Shown here in pieces: positions 1 to 12,200 of a stretch of DNA of 64,000 bases. The notes under the pieces were generated by a model, which ran no database searches, had not been told where the DNA came from, and was given only the letters and a program-made list of their open reading frames with translations. The first letter of the stretch is position 1. Every line of letters starts with the position of its first letter. The stretch spans positions 93,000,001 to 93,064,000 of the forward strand of contig OZ260661.1 of assembly GCA_965285935.1 (NCBI GenBank), given 5' to 3'. This DNA is from Ophelia neglecta (Eukaryota). The translations under genes were made by a program, and so were the position numbers.

Positions 1-264
1 GACCTGTTGGTCCGCGTTCTCCACGCTGTCCGTTGTTACCGGGCCTTCCTGCTTCACCAGGACCGCCCTGGCTTCCTTGCTCTCCTCGTTGTCCACTGGG
101 TCCAGCAGGGCCAATTGGTCCGGGTGGTCCGACAGGTCCAGATTCGCCTCTCTCGCCTGCTGGGCCGGCAGGGCCCAGGGGTCCAGCCGCTCCTGCGGGA
201 CCGGTGGGGCCAGATGGACCAGCGCTTCCACGCGCTCCGGGAGTGCCAGGTTGTCCTCGTGGAC
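1..264 (-). CDS. Gene A collagen exon (truncated by window edge)
   Basis: tag acceptor then [12 protein letters not shown]... Confidence 0.9.
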
Positions 265-3200
265 CTATGCGAAGAGTTTTGAAAAAATATCTTCATCGAG
301 AATTTAGTATGATTTGTTTTTTAGCCAGGCTAATCATGTAAAAATAATATTTAAATATGCTATTATATTTACCACATAATAACTGCTTTCATGATGTGTA
401 TATCTATAAGGTCCTGGATTAATACTCAACATATGAACTCCTAAATCTATTGCACCTTATTATTAAGTTCAGTGAAAAAGCCTACCACTAGGTCCTGATG
501 GCCCTGGCCCTCCTCTCTCGCCTGGCTCGCCTCGGGGACCTGCAGGTCCGGCGCTGCCCAAGGAGCCAGTGGATCCAGGTGGTCCTACCGGACCCCTTTC
601 TCCTCTCTCCCCTATAACAATTGCAATGATTTTAATGTAAGTATTATCCCGTTATCGGTATGTAGACATTAATGGTAAATAATTCAGGTTACAAGCAATC
701 GATCTATGGTTATGGAATATTTATAAGTCAAGACCAATAGAATGATATATAAAGGCATATTTAACTATTAGAAAGTGAAGCTTCATACCTGGCGTTCCTG
801 ATTGTCCTCGTTCTCCAGCCGGGCCTAATGGTCCGGTTGGTCCTTGGGGTCCTTGTTCTCCAGCCGTTCCTCGAGGTCCTAATGGTCCGGCTGGGCCTAC
901 TGGGCCTCGCCTGCCTGGTTCTCCATTTGTACCTGGTGGTCCAGACGGTCCGGCAGGACCAGTAGGGCCCCTTTCTCCTCTCTGTCCAGGCTGTCCGCTG
1001 GGCCCAACTCCGCCAGCTGAACCAGGCTCCCCGCGCTCTCCCTGTGGACCTGCAGGTCCAACAGGGCCAGACGGGCCTAGCTGTCCAGACTCGCCGGCTG
1101 GTCCTCGCTCTCCTCTCTCTCCTGGAGTGCCTGGTTGTCCGCGCTCACCTCGGGGTCCAGGCTCTCCTACTTCTCCTGTGGTGCCTGCAGGGCCAGCTGG
1201 TCCGGCTTCTCCTCTCGGGCCTGGCGAACCTGCCTCTCCCGGAGATCCAGGCTGGCCGCTTGCCCCCTGTTCTCCTCTTTCACCAGCTGGTCCGGCGGGA
1301 CCGGCTGGGCCTAAAGGACCAGAAGAGCCCGGAGGTCCGCTTGGACCCCGTTCGCCTCTGCTTCCAGCAGGTCCCGATGGTCCCCTGGCTCCGGGTTCAC
1401 CTGGCTGTCCGGGCTGACCACGCTCGCCCGCAGCTCCTGCGGGTCCGGCAGGTCCTCTCGGTCCTGTACGTAATAATCAAATTACTTTTTATTGCATGTT
1501 AGGCAAATGCGTAGGCAAATAAGAACGATCACATCGAAGACATAAGCATTTTCATGTATAAGTTGAATGTAAAGAACAAGCTTAGTTCCATAGGAATTAA
1601 TAAGCTGGGAAATTTATTTTCAGTAATTCTTGTTTTTCTTTGGTTTCCCATACCTACCTTGTCTGCCAGGTGATCCTGGTAAACCTGATTCACCAAGAGA
1701 GCCCGGTGGTCCGGTTTCTCCACGGGAACCTTGTGCTCCGGCTGGTCCAATTGGTCCCTGTGTTCCAGGGGATCCATCAGAGCCTGCTGTGCCTGGGGTT
1801 CCCCTTTGACCCTGCTCTCCAGGGCGGCCCACAGCCCCTGTGGGACCACGACCGCCGCCAGCTCCTGGTGGGCCCGAGGGTCCTGATGGTCCCGCGGGAC
1901 CGGAAGGTCCTTGTAAACCTCTTTCGCCTGGTGTACCAACTTCTCCGGCAGGGCCAGCAGGTCCACGTTCACCCGCAGGTCCTTGTGGACCCAATGGGCC
2001 GCCAGGTCCTTCAAACAACAAAACAAGGTAAGATTAATTCATTATTTAATGGCCATCCGGAAATGTAGGTTTAAAAAAACATTAATAGGATTGGTACTGC
2101 TTTTTAGCTGATATTTTATTTATGAAAGCACTTAAGAATTTTGAGTTGTATGGCTTTGTAAACCTGGGTATTATGCCCCTAGTATACACAGGCTTTCAGT
2201 GTATGAGTGAGTGAGCCAGTACCTGGACTGCCTGGAGTTCCTCGCTCGCCCTGCTCTCCTCGCTGTCCTCGCTCTCCGGCGGCTCCAGCTGGTCCGAGCG
2301 GCCCTGTTGGTCCGGTGGGTCCGGATGGGCCCCTCTCACCTCGGGGTCCAGCGGGACCGGCAGGTCCTACTCCGCCAGCCTCACCCGCGTTTCCAGGGAT
2401 TCCGCGCTCTCCTGAAGGCCCGGCAGGTCCGGGTGGCCCGGTTTGTCCTAGAGAGTAGACAAGTACATTGAAGATGCCATGCATTATGACTTCAGTAACA
2501 CGTATACAAGTCCACTGTTAAAAATACGGCTAATTTAATTCATTTTATACAATAATAAAATTGCATTTGTTTTTCTTCCGATCTTTAGGTAGGCTAATCT
2601 ATCTGTCAAACCCATTTTTAATAAATTGTTTTGGACACATACAAATTCTTTCTGTCCGTGTAGAACAGAGCTTATTTAAGGTGAGTTAATTAAAGATCCT
2701 TAGATTAAAGATTTTGCCGAACCCGGTGGTTACAACGATTCATAATATATGTCTGCGTCTGTTCTATAAAAAATTTATTTCTTTTATTTCTTTAAATAAC
2801 TTGCACTTCTAATCGGTTGAAATCTGAACTTCTTACTGGGTTTAACTTGTGTTTTACTAGTATAAAATGAATTACCCCCCGGTTAAATTAGCAAAGATTT
2901 GCTTCGCTGCCGTTGTCAGTTTATTTATTCAATCTATATTATTTATTAAATTGAGACTTTATTTGATGATATTAAGCAATAGTTCGCGTGAATTAATTGA
3001 AGATTCAACAGGCGTTATCATGGCGGATCATAATCATAATGAGAGAAACATGTATAGTGTGTATGTCTTCCCTGTAATTAATAGGAAAGCATCTAAATAA
3101 TTATATAATTAATCAATCTAATTACCAGAGGATCCATCACGGCCGTCTTCACCAGGCTCGCCGGCTGGTCCAGCCGGTCCGGCTGGCCCTCGTGGTCCGC

Positions 3201-6200
3201 TCTCTCCTTGTGGTCCTGTAGGTCCCTGTGGGCCGGAGGGCCCGTCAGCGCCGGCTGGTCCTCTAGGTCCCGTGGGACCCGGTAATCCGGCCGGGCCGGC
3301 TGGTCCGGCCTCGCCTGCGGGACCGCGTGGTCCTGTAACGGTAGGACCGTCCCTGCCAGGTTGGCCAGTTGGTCCACGGCTTCCTCTCTCTCCAGGCTCA
3401 CCGCGTTCTCCTGCTGGGCCGGCAGGTCCTCTCTCACCAGGCTGTCCGGTAGGTCCCGATGGGCCATCTTCACCTAGACAAAAAAAACAATTGAAAAGAC
3501 ATTTAGAGCCGCGAGCAAGGGTATGTGCGTTCCATGGGCACACTGACGAAAGCTTTCATAATCAAAAACACCAAAGAAACGTGGTTAATATCATTACACA
3601 TTTCAAATGTAAACGCATAATAGGTATAATATTTACCTCTTGATCCCTGGGTACCCCTCTCTCCTTGAGCACCACGCTCGCCAGCGGCTCCCGCAGGCCC
3701 GGATGGACCTGGCTCGCCTCGGCTACCAGCCGGTCCGGCGGGTCCAGTTGGCCCTCTTTCACCAGCAAGTCCTGGAGAACCGCCTTCACCGGTTTCTCCG
3801 GATGGACCTGCAGGTCCTGAGGGTCCAGCAGGTCCGACAGGTCCAAGTGGTCCACGTGCGCCACCAAGACCAGGTCTTCCTGACTCTCCCGCTTCGCCAG
3901 ATGGTCCAGAGGGCCCAGTGGGCCCTGGAGGTCCGATTGGTCCAGGTTCACCGCCTTGTCCTGTTGGTCCTCGGGGACCGGACTCTCCTGCAGATCCGTC
4001 GGGTCCTCTTTCCCCGGGTGGCCCAGTCTGTCCACCAGAGCCTGGCGATCCGCGCTCTCCGGCAGGCCCAGCAGGCCCTGGCCGTCCGTCAGGTCCAGTT
4101 GGCCCTGAGGGTCCTGCGCTTCCTCGGGCTCCTTGCTCCCCAGCAGGTCCGCGTGGGCCTTGCTCGCCGGTTGGTCCTGGACCTCCACGTTCGCCTGAGG
4201 GTCCCGCAGGACCGCGTGATCCAGTAGCCCCTGTAGTAAGTGACAAATATTAGTAAAACAATCTTAAAATCAATGTTTAGTTTCTAACAGTTTCCCAAAG
4301 CCAATACATCCATATAAAATATACTACTATGAAAATCAAACACTTTTAGAAACTGAAATGCAGATTCAGAGATGTTAAATATCTTTAAACTTTACCTGGT
4401 AAACCTACAGGTCCCCGTGCGCCTCCGCGTCCGGGTTCTCCTCTCGGCCCAGCAGGTCCTGCAGGTCCCGCCGGTCCGGTTGGTCCAGACTCACCAGGAG
4501 GTCCCTGAATGCCTCGCTCACCGCCGCCAGTAGCACCAGCAGGACCTGGGAAAAAGATAAAGGATTACAGGTCATTGTGGCATTCTTCACCCCTGACTGT
4601 GATGCCACAAAGCCGCCATGCATATAACTTAATTGAATTGCGTCCAACATAATCAAGCCTTTATAAAAAGAGTCTTTCATATTAATTGATTGAAAATTTT
4701 GTTATAGCAAACCAAGGCTGCGATGACTCCTTCCTTGGTGTGGAAAACATACAAGAAGGGGCTAGGCCAAGGGCCAGTACTTGCAAGACCCGCAATTATT
4801 ATCAACCCGATGGCATGTCACATCTTTAAGGTGTACTCAGTTCAAGAGTAGCAGACGGCAATTCAGCGCCCTCTGGTGTTCAAACTTATCTCAAAAAGAA
4901 ATTAACAGTTTATATGTGTACCTGGTGGTCCGACGGGTCCTGGCTCTCCACTCTCTCCAGGTTCTCCAGCTTGGCCTCGAGATCCACGAGATCCAGCCGG
5001 ACCTGGTGGGCCTACTGGCCCAGATTCCCCAGACTCGCCCGCTGGACCAGCTGGACCCGCAGGCCCAGTTTGTCCTCGAGTACCTTGGCCGCCTGGCTCA
5101 CCGCCAACTCCAGGTTCTCCGGCCGGTCCGGCCGGTCCTTGATGGTTAAAAGGGAGGATAATATTAAGTAATGAGTTATGAACATAAAATATATTTACAT
5201 AGCGATGAAAGTTAATACATGCATATTTTCAGGCAATCAGACACCACTCACCTGTTGGTCCCCTTGGTCCAGCCTGACCGGGAGGTCCTTGGCCTCCTCT
5301 CTCGCCAGATAACCCAGCAGGCCCAGCTGGTCCCAGAGGTCCTGGTGGTCCCACGGGCCCAGTGCCCCCAGGAATACCAGACGGTCCAGGCTGTCCAGTT
5401 GAACCAGTTGACCCATCCTGACCTGAGGGTCCAGTGGGACCGCGCTCTCCCGTAGGTCCAGCGGGTCCTCTTTCTCCTCGTTGCCCTCTTGGCCCAGTTA
5501 AACCAGATGGTCCCACTGGTCCTCGTGATCCTCTTTCACCGCCTGGTCCTGGCTGTCCTCTCGGACCCGTTGGGCCAGGTGGTCCTCGTTCTCCTGCTGA
5601 TCCGATACCACCGGACACACCAGGAGTTCCTCTCGGTCCTGCAGGTCCCAGAGGACCCGGCTGCCCGGGGAACCCGGCTTCACCTCGCTCGCCAGCTATT
5701 CCGGCTGGTCCTCTTTCCCCTCTTGGGCCTGGTGGTCCCACCGGTCCCACAGGTCCGGATTCTCCAGCAGTTCCAGGTGGGCCAGATGGGCCTAAAAGAA
5801 AGTACACGAAACAATATGCAGAAGGTGTCTAACAGGCATAATTCATGCATCGAGCCATAATTTTTTGAAGTACATCTGAATACAAATTAACCTAGTGTTT
5901 ACCTGCCTGTCCAGGGAGTCCATCACTTCCGTCTTGTCCAGGGAAACCAAGAGGTCCAGGGGGTCCTTGAGGTCCCCGTGAACCTTCCGGCCCAGCGGGA
6001 CCAGGGCCTCCTCGTTCACCGGGTGAACCTGGTATTACAGATTAACACAGCTTGACACATGCAGGGTTTCATTAGTCTAGGATTCGTACGAAAAGACAGC
6101 TAGGTCTATAGCGGTATATTTTATATTTGAAAGGCGTATAGGCTTATTTTTCATCTTTAATCAAGCCTATTTAAGAACAATCTCATGTTTTCGGAAAAAA

Positions 6201-9200
6201 AATTAACAACATTGCTGGGTATTATTAGATAATACGTCTCAAACATAGGGTTATTGATTGAACTGTAGACGTGGTATTACCAACTGAGCCGCCAGGTCCT
6301 CTCTCTCCCTGCGCGCCAGCTGGTCCGGCCGGTCCGAGTGGGCCTGGACGTCCCGTTGCACCAGTTCCACCCACCTGCCCGCGCTCTCCACTCTCTCCTC
6401 TAATACCGGCGGGTCCTCGTGGGCCTTGTTCTCCCTGCTCCCCGGGACCGCCGGCTTCTCCCGCAATGCCTCGTGGGCCTGTGGGTCCGGCTGGTCCTCG
6501 TGGACCTTGTTATGAAAAAATATACACTTATTTAACAAATAATGGACACAGCTACGTGTTGAGTTTAACTGCAATCATTTTAAGCGGACAGAGAGTTACC
6601 GGGATAATATATTTTGGACAGCTTCTTGCATAGCTTTACATTAGAATTTTAAAACACCTGTTGGTCCGACGGGTCCTCTTGTTCCGGGCTCTCCAGCAGG
6701 ACCTGCGGGTCCGGCTGGTCCGAGAGGTCCTGTCGGGCCTCCAATGCCAGGACCACCTGAGGGTCCCCGCTCGCCCCGCTCCCCAGACGCTCCGGGAGGT
6801 CCCAATGGCCCAGTGGGCCCTGATGGGCCAATGCCTCCAGCGTCACCGGCTGGACCACTGGGTCCAGTGGCTCCCGGAGGTCCAATCTGTCCGATTGGTC
6901 CTGACTCTCCTACTTCTCCACTGGGTCCTGGTTGTCCTCGGGGTCCCGGGCGGCCAGATGGGCCCGGTCCGCCAGGAGAGCCTCGCGGACCTGACTCTCC
7001 ACTCGCTCCCGCAGGTCCAGTTGGCCCTAGTTAACGATAAACACTACGTAGAGACACTTGCGCTCCTCACAATACCTTTACTATGTATACAGGTCTTTTT
7101 TTTTCAGTAATAGCCTATCTAAAGTCTAATGTACATCAATCATCTCGAGTTTTCTCGAGTCTCACTTTTCTATACATCTTTATTGACATGATAAAGCGTC
7201 AAATTATTAAATCCAAGCCCTTAAAAGCTCAAGACCTAACCTGTTGGACCAGCTGGTCCCGCCTCCGAGCCCCTGGGTCCTTGTGGTCCTCGTTCTCCTG
7301 GTGGTCCTACAGGCCCTAGGGGTCCAGCCTCTCCGGCTTCTCCAGAGGGTCCGGGTGGTCCAGCAGGTCCTCTTGGACCTTGGAAGCCCGGGCCTCCGAC
7401 TGGACCCGGTAGACCCGTCTCACCAGACTCCCCGGCTGGTCCTGCAGGTCCAGTTGGCCCGAGTGGGCCACTAGGACCGGAAACACCTGCCTCTCCGGAT
7501 GGCCCGGAGGGGCCGGCTGGCCCGCTTGGTCCTGCTAATCCTTGTTCTCCTGGAGGTCCCCCTTCTCCCGCTGGTCCACTGGGACCGGCTGGTCCTGTTG
7601 GACCAGGCAGTCCTCGTATCCCTGGTCCTCCACCTTCACCTGGCTGACCTGCGGGTCCAGCAGGGCCACGCAGTCCAGATTCACCTGGCGCGAAAACAAT
7701 TTAGAAGTTAATTCCGAGTGCGTGATGAGGTGTAAACTTCCTCTGCTTCAATGAAACGTAGAATGTATCATACATACTATTTGAGCTTAAAGATAGATTA
7801 CCGAGCTACTGCTATCCTTGTTGAAAAAACAAGTCGTATTTTGAAATAAGGCTAATTTACTTTGTGTGTACCCTACCTGGAGGTCCCGATGGTCCCGAGA
7901 TGCCAGGAGGTCCTGGTTCGCCTCGTTCTCCGGTGGGGCCGGCTGGCCCAGCTGGTCCGGGTTCAGAGCCTGGTGGACCGATCTCTCCACGTGGTCCAAG
8001 CTCTCCTCGCGGTCCAGGGGGACCAGTTGGTCCTGCTGGTCCCTCCGGTCCTGACGGTCCCGGAGGGCCGGATTGGCCGTCAAATCCTGGGCGACCTGCT
8101 TCACCTGGTGGTTCAACAAATATGTACATCAATAATAGCCAATTAGGTTATTATACTTGCACTTGCTGGCACATTATTAACACAAAAATCCTTTCAGAAA
8201 TACACCATTCAATTTTCCGTAGACATTTGTTGAGAAATTATGTGAGCGTACCTGGCCCTCCTGGGAATCCTGCTGGTCCTCTCTGTCCTCTGGGTCCTAA
8301 TGGTCCCAACGGCCCAGGTGGTCCCACTGGTCCTCTCTCACCGCGCTCTCCGGACTCTCCAGCAGGTCCTATTGGACCGGTGGGTCCCAGGCCACCGGGT
8401 CCGCCCGCAGGACCTGCGGGGCCTGAAGCCCCTGTTGCTCCGTTACTTCCATCGGCTCCCGGCGGGCCTGGTGGCCCATCAATTCCACGGGTTCCCTGTT
8501 CACCTCTTGGCCCGGATGGTCCTGAAGGTCCAACAGGTCCCCTCTCACCACCGAAGCCTGGTCCTCCAACAGGTCCCGCTGGTCCTCTCGGCCCCGGAGG
8601 TCCGACATTGCCAATGCCTCCAGGTGGCCCAGATTGTCCTGGTGATCCGGATGGCCCACTTTGTCCGATGGGTCCAGGTCCGCCTGGCCCTCCTCGTATA
8701 CCCTGGGGTCCTGCCGGTCCCCTTGGTCCTACTGGTCCAACAGGACCGTCGGCACCTGGCGATCCAGGTCCCCCTGTCTCACCAACAAATCCAGGTTGAC
8801 CCGTTTGTCCCCTCTCTCCAGGAAAGCCGGCGGGTCCTGCATGGTGATCAGTCAAAAGCGAACAGCATTAGGCTATAATTTATTATGCTAGATTAAGATT
8901 CCTGGTGGGAAATTACTATAAAGCGTGCTCAATAATACTTTGGGAATAAAATATTTTGTGTTAACTAATAACTCTGGAGAGTTGCAAGGGAAAGTCACAT
9001 ATAGATGGTTTGGAAATGAAAGCCTTTTTCGTTTCTCGAAACGAGCACCAGAGATATTGAATTAAGAAGGAAAACTTCAGGTCTTGAAAGAATTATATTC
9101 ACTGTAATGTAAATTGGCTGTTTGCCACTAATGCGTACCTGGTGGTCCGACTGGACCGATTGGTCCACGCGGTCCTGCTGGGCTGCTTCCTGGCGGGCCT

Positions 9201-12200
9201 GACACGCCGGGCTCGCCGGGTGGTCCTGAAGGGCCGGCAGGTCCTCTGGGTCCAGGTTCACCCGCAGGGCCGCTTCTACCCACCTCACCTGCAAAAAAGC
9301 AATTTATTTTGAACACATGTAGATCAAGAGAGCGTAGCACTAGCTGTTGTGGTCCTATCTAAATCTTACCGCAATACGAAATCGCCAACTGCGCAGATCA
9401 TAGAAGTAGTTTTGTATTTCTTACCGCTTGATCCGGGTGATCCAGCTGGACCGGAGGGGCCGGTCGGTCCACTTGGCCCAGACGGTCCTCTTTCCCCTGA
9501 AGGCCCAGCTGGTCCAGCAGGTCCAGGTCTGCCTGAGGGTCCTGTTGGTCCCCTTTGCCCAGTTGGTCCTGATTGAGTTCCATCGGGTCCCCGTGGGCCA
9601 GTGGGCCCTGGCGGGCCGATGGGTCCAGGAAATCCCGGGCCGCCGCTGATGCCAGGCGGGCCTCGGAAACCGGGCTCACCTGAAGGTCCGGCTTGACCAG
9701 AAAACCCTGGTCCGCCTGGTCCTCCTGCGGGTCCGGCCGGTCCGCGTTGTCCTCGGTTACCTTAAAAAGAATCAAATATAACAATAGTTCCATTACAAAT
9801 GGTTGAGCAACTCAGTCCCAATGTTTCTGTTCCCAACTTCCGGTTATTTATTCTAGACATGTTAGGCCTAGGCCCTAATAGATTTCTTCAAAGTAGGAGT
9901 AGTCATATTCCACATATGTGACACTATATTATATTATATTTTTTACCTGATGGTCCAGTTCGTCCAGGTGGTCCAATTGGTCCTCCAGGTCCTGCAGGTC
10001 CTAGCTGTCCACTTGATCCTGGAGGCCCTACGGGGCCTCTTCCTCCGGCCGGTCCAACGGGTCCAGCTGGTCCAGCAGGTCCGGATGGTCCTGCTAGGCC
10101 TACTTCACCTGGCGAGCCAGGTCCACCCGGAGGCCCAGGAAATCCGGGTCGGCCGGGTGGGCCACGTGGGCCGGGTTGACCTGGTTGGGAGCCGCGTGGC
10201 CCTGTACCGCCTTTGTCTCCAGCGGGTCCTCGTGGCCCCGCTGGTCCAACACTACCTGGGGGACCACTGGGTCCTTGAGGTCCGGGTCGTCCAGCTGGGC
10301 CGAGAGGTCCTCGTCCGCCGGGAGGTCCTGTAGCACCTGAAGAGCCTGGTGGCCCTCGAACGCCATCAGTGCCCGGTGTCCCGGCCGATCCGGCAGGACC
10401 AGTTCCTCCTGTTGCGCCTCGGGGACCACCTGGTCCAGGCGGTCCTATAAGAAAACCCATGGTATCAAGCGCTTGACATGCAATTCAGATTTAATAACCA
10501 TACAAATTTAACCTTTAATTTACGGTTCTACAAGGAGGTTGCTATTTATCTCCTTTTAAAGAAGAACAACTGACAGCCAATCAAATGTATTTTTAAAAAG
10601 ATTTGTCTTTCTTTTAAATATAGATATACATTTCTATCATTAATAGGCCTTATATGAATCTAATTGTGAATAAAGAAGTAAAATCAAGAAGGTCAATGAC
10701 AAGGTCTTACGTTATATAAAATCAAGCATATTCCGCTTCATGTATGGTGTAATTAAGACTAATTAAATTATCGTTTTCTAATTTGATATGAACCGCATTT
10801 GGGTATATTTTATTCATGCTGTGCATGTGTAATGATTAGGTGCATGAGGGTAAGGGACATTCATTTGCAACAGCGATTTGTTTCAATTTTTAAAGATAAA
10901 TGGGATATCGAATGACGTCCTGCAAAACAGCAATTATATACTATACTAGCATCTATAGTTGAAGATATTAATAATACAAAGGTTGTCTTTCACAGAAAAA
11001 TCTTACAAAACACAATTTTAGCCCCTTCGAGCGAAGTTTCCTGTTATAACTTATCTTTCCGGAAATATTTTAGAACACTTTATCTGTGAAAGACAGCCAG
11101 TGGTAAGGAGAAAGGGCACCCAGTTTGAAGAGACAAATCATTTTCATACTGTGCTCAAATATGTTTCATCGTGCAGGGATAATTTGTGAACTAAAATCAG
11201 ATGGTCACTGACAATGGTGTCAGAGTTACTAATTTTTCAGTGCGGTGAGTAGTACAGAGATAGCTCATTCTGGCGCAGACGATACATGCAAGAGATAAGT
11301 AGCAGTGACCATATGGTTTTATTTCATTTTTAAAGCCTGCAGTAAATATGGATTTATGCGTTTAACTTTCAAACATATAGATCAAAATCATGTCATTTAT
11401 CATCTTTGGGTGCGCTTCATCCTTGATGTGACTTATATTACAGTGATTTGTGCATATTGATGTTGTTTGATTGCCAATATAGCCGCGCAATATAAAGAAC
11501 ACAGCGCAACGCAAGAAAATGTATAGAGGGTTGGGGCGTTGCGGTAAACTTCGTCCTATACCTGGAATGGGTACGGGGCCTGGGGCTACAATGTATCCAG
11601 GACAGATGGTCCTCATCAGTCTTTCGACCAGGATCTCTCTCTCCCGAGCGGAGCCATAGCCCTCAGATACGTAGTAGGCACGACTGGTGGTTGAGGCGAT
11701 CACCTGGAGGGCCCCCAAATTGATTCCCGATCCAAAGCCTACAGAGGTGATGACGATGTTGTTATCCACTCTAGCTCTATTCAGCTGAGTTACAAACTCT
11801 CTCTCCGGCTCTCGGCCCATGATGACGATGGCGAAATCGGGGATTCTTGGTCGATCTCCCCGGCCTCCACTGAATATGCTATCGGTCATCACCCGGAGTC
11901 CCTCGTCCAGGAAGTGATCGGATCGACTCATCCTGCTAAGGGTATTGATTCTTTGTCGCACCTCCAGATTGGTGTAGTAGCGATCAAGGTAGAATGACAC
12001 CTCCCCTACGCTACTATAGCGGACGGTTGAAAAATGAACATTAGGCTCGCCGATAGTGAACTGTTGGGAGAGGAGACTTGCAAGATCTCTCATTGAGTCC
12101 CACAGCAGGTTGGAGAGGTCCTCTCCGGCGTCCAGCACTATCGCCACATCGCTGAGGTTCCGACATCCTGTGCGGATATGAAAAGCAATTATTGTTTGAA

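Noticed and set aside
7864-8799. Long Pro/Gly-rich ORFs antisense to the collagen exons and alternative-frame ORFs (also 61930..63123, 55006..55590 and many others)
   Set aside because: GGN-CCN codon symmetry makes the antisense of Gly-Pro repeats read as Gly-Pro and leaves other frames nearly stop-free; splice signals support only one strand per gene.
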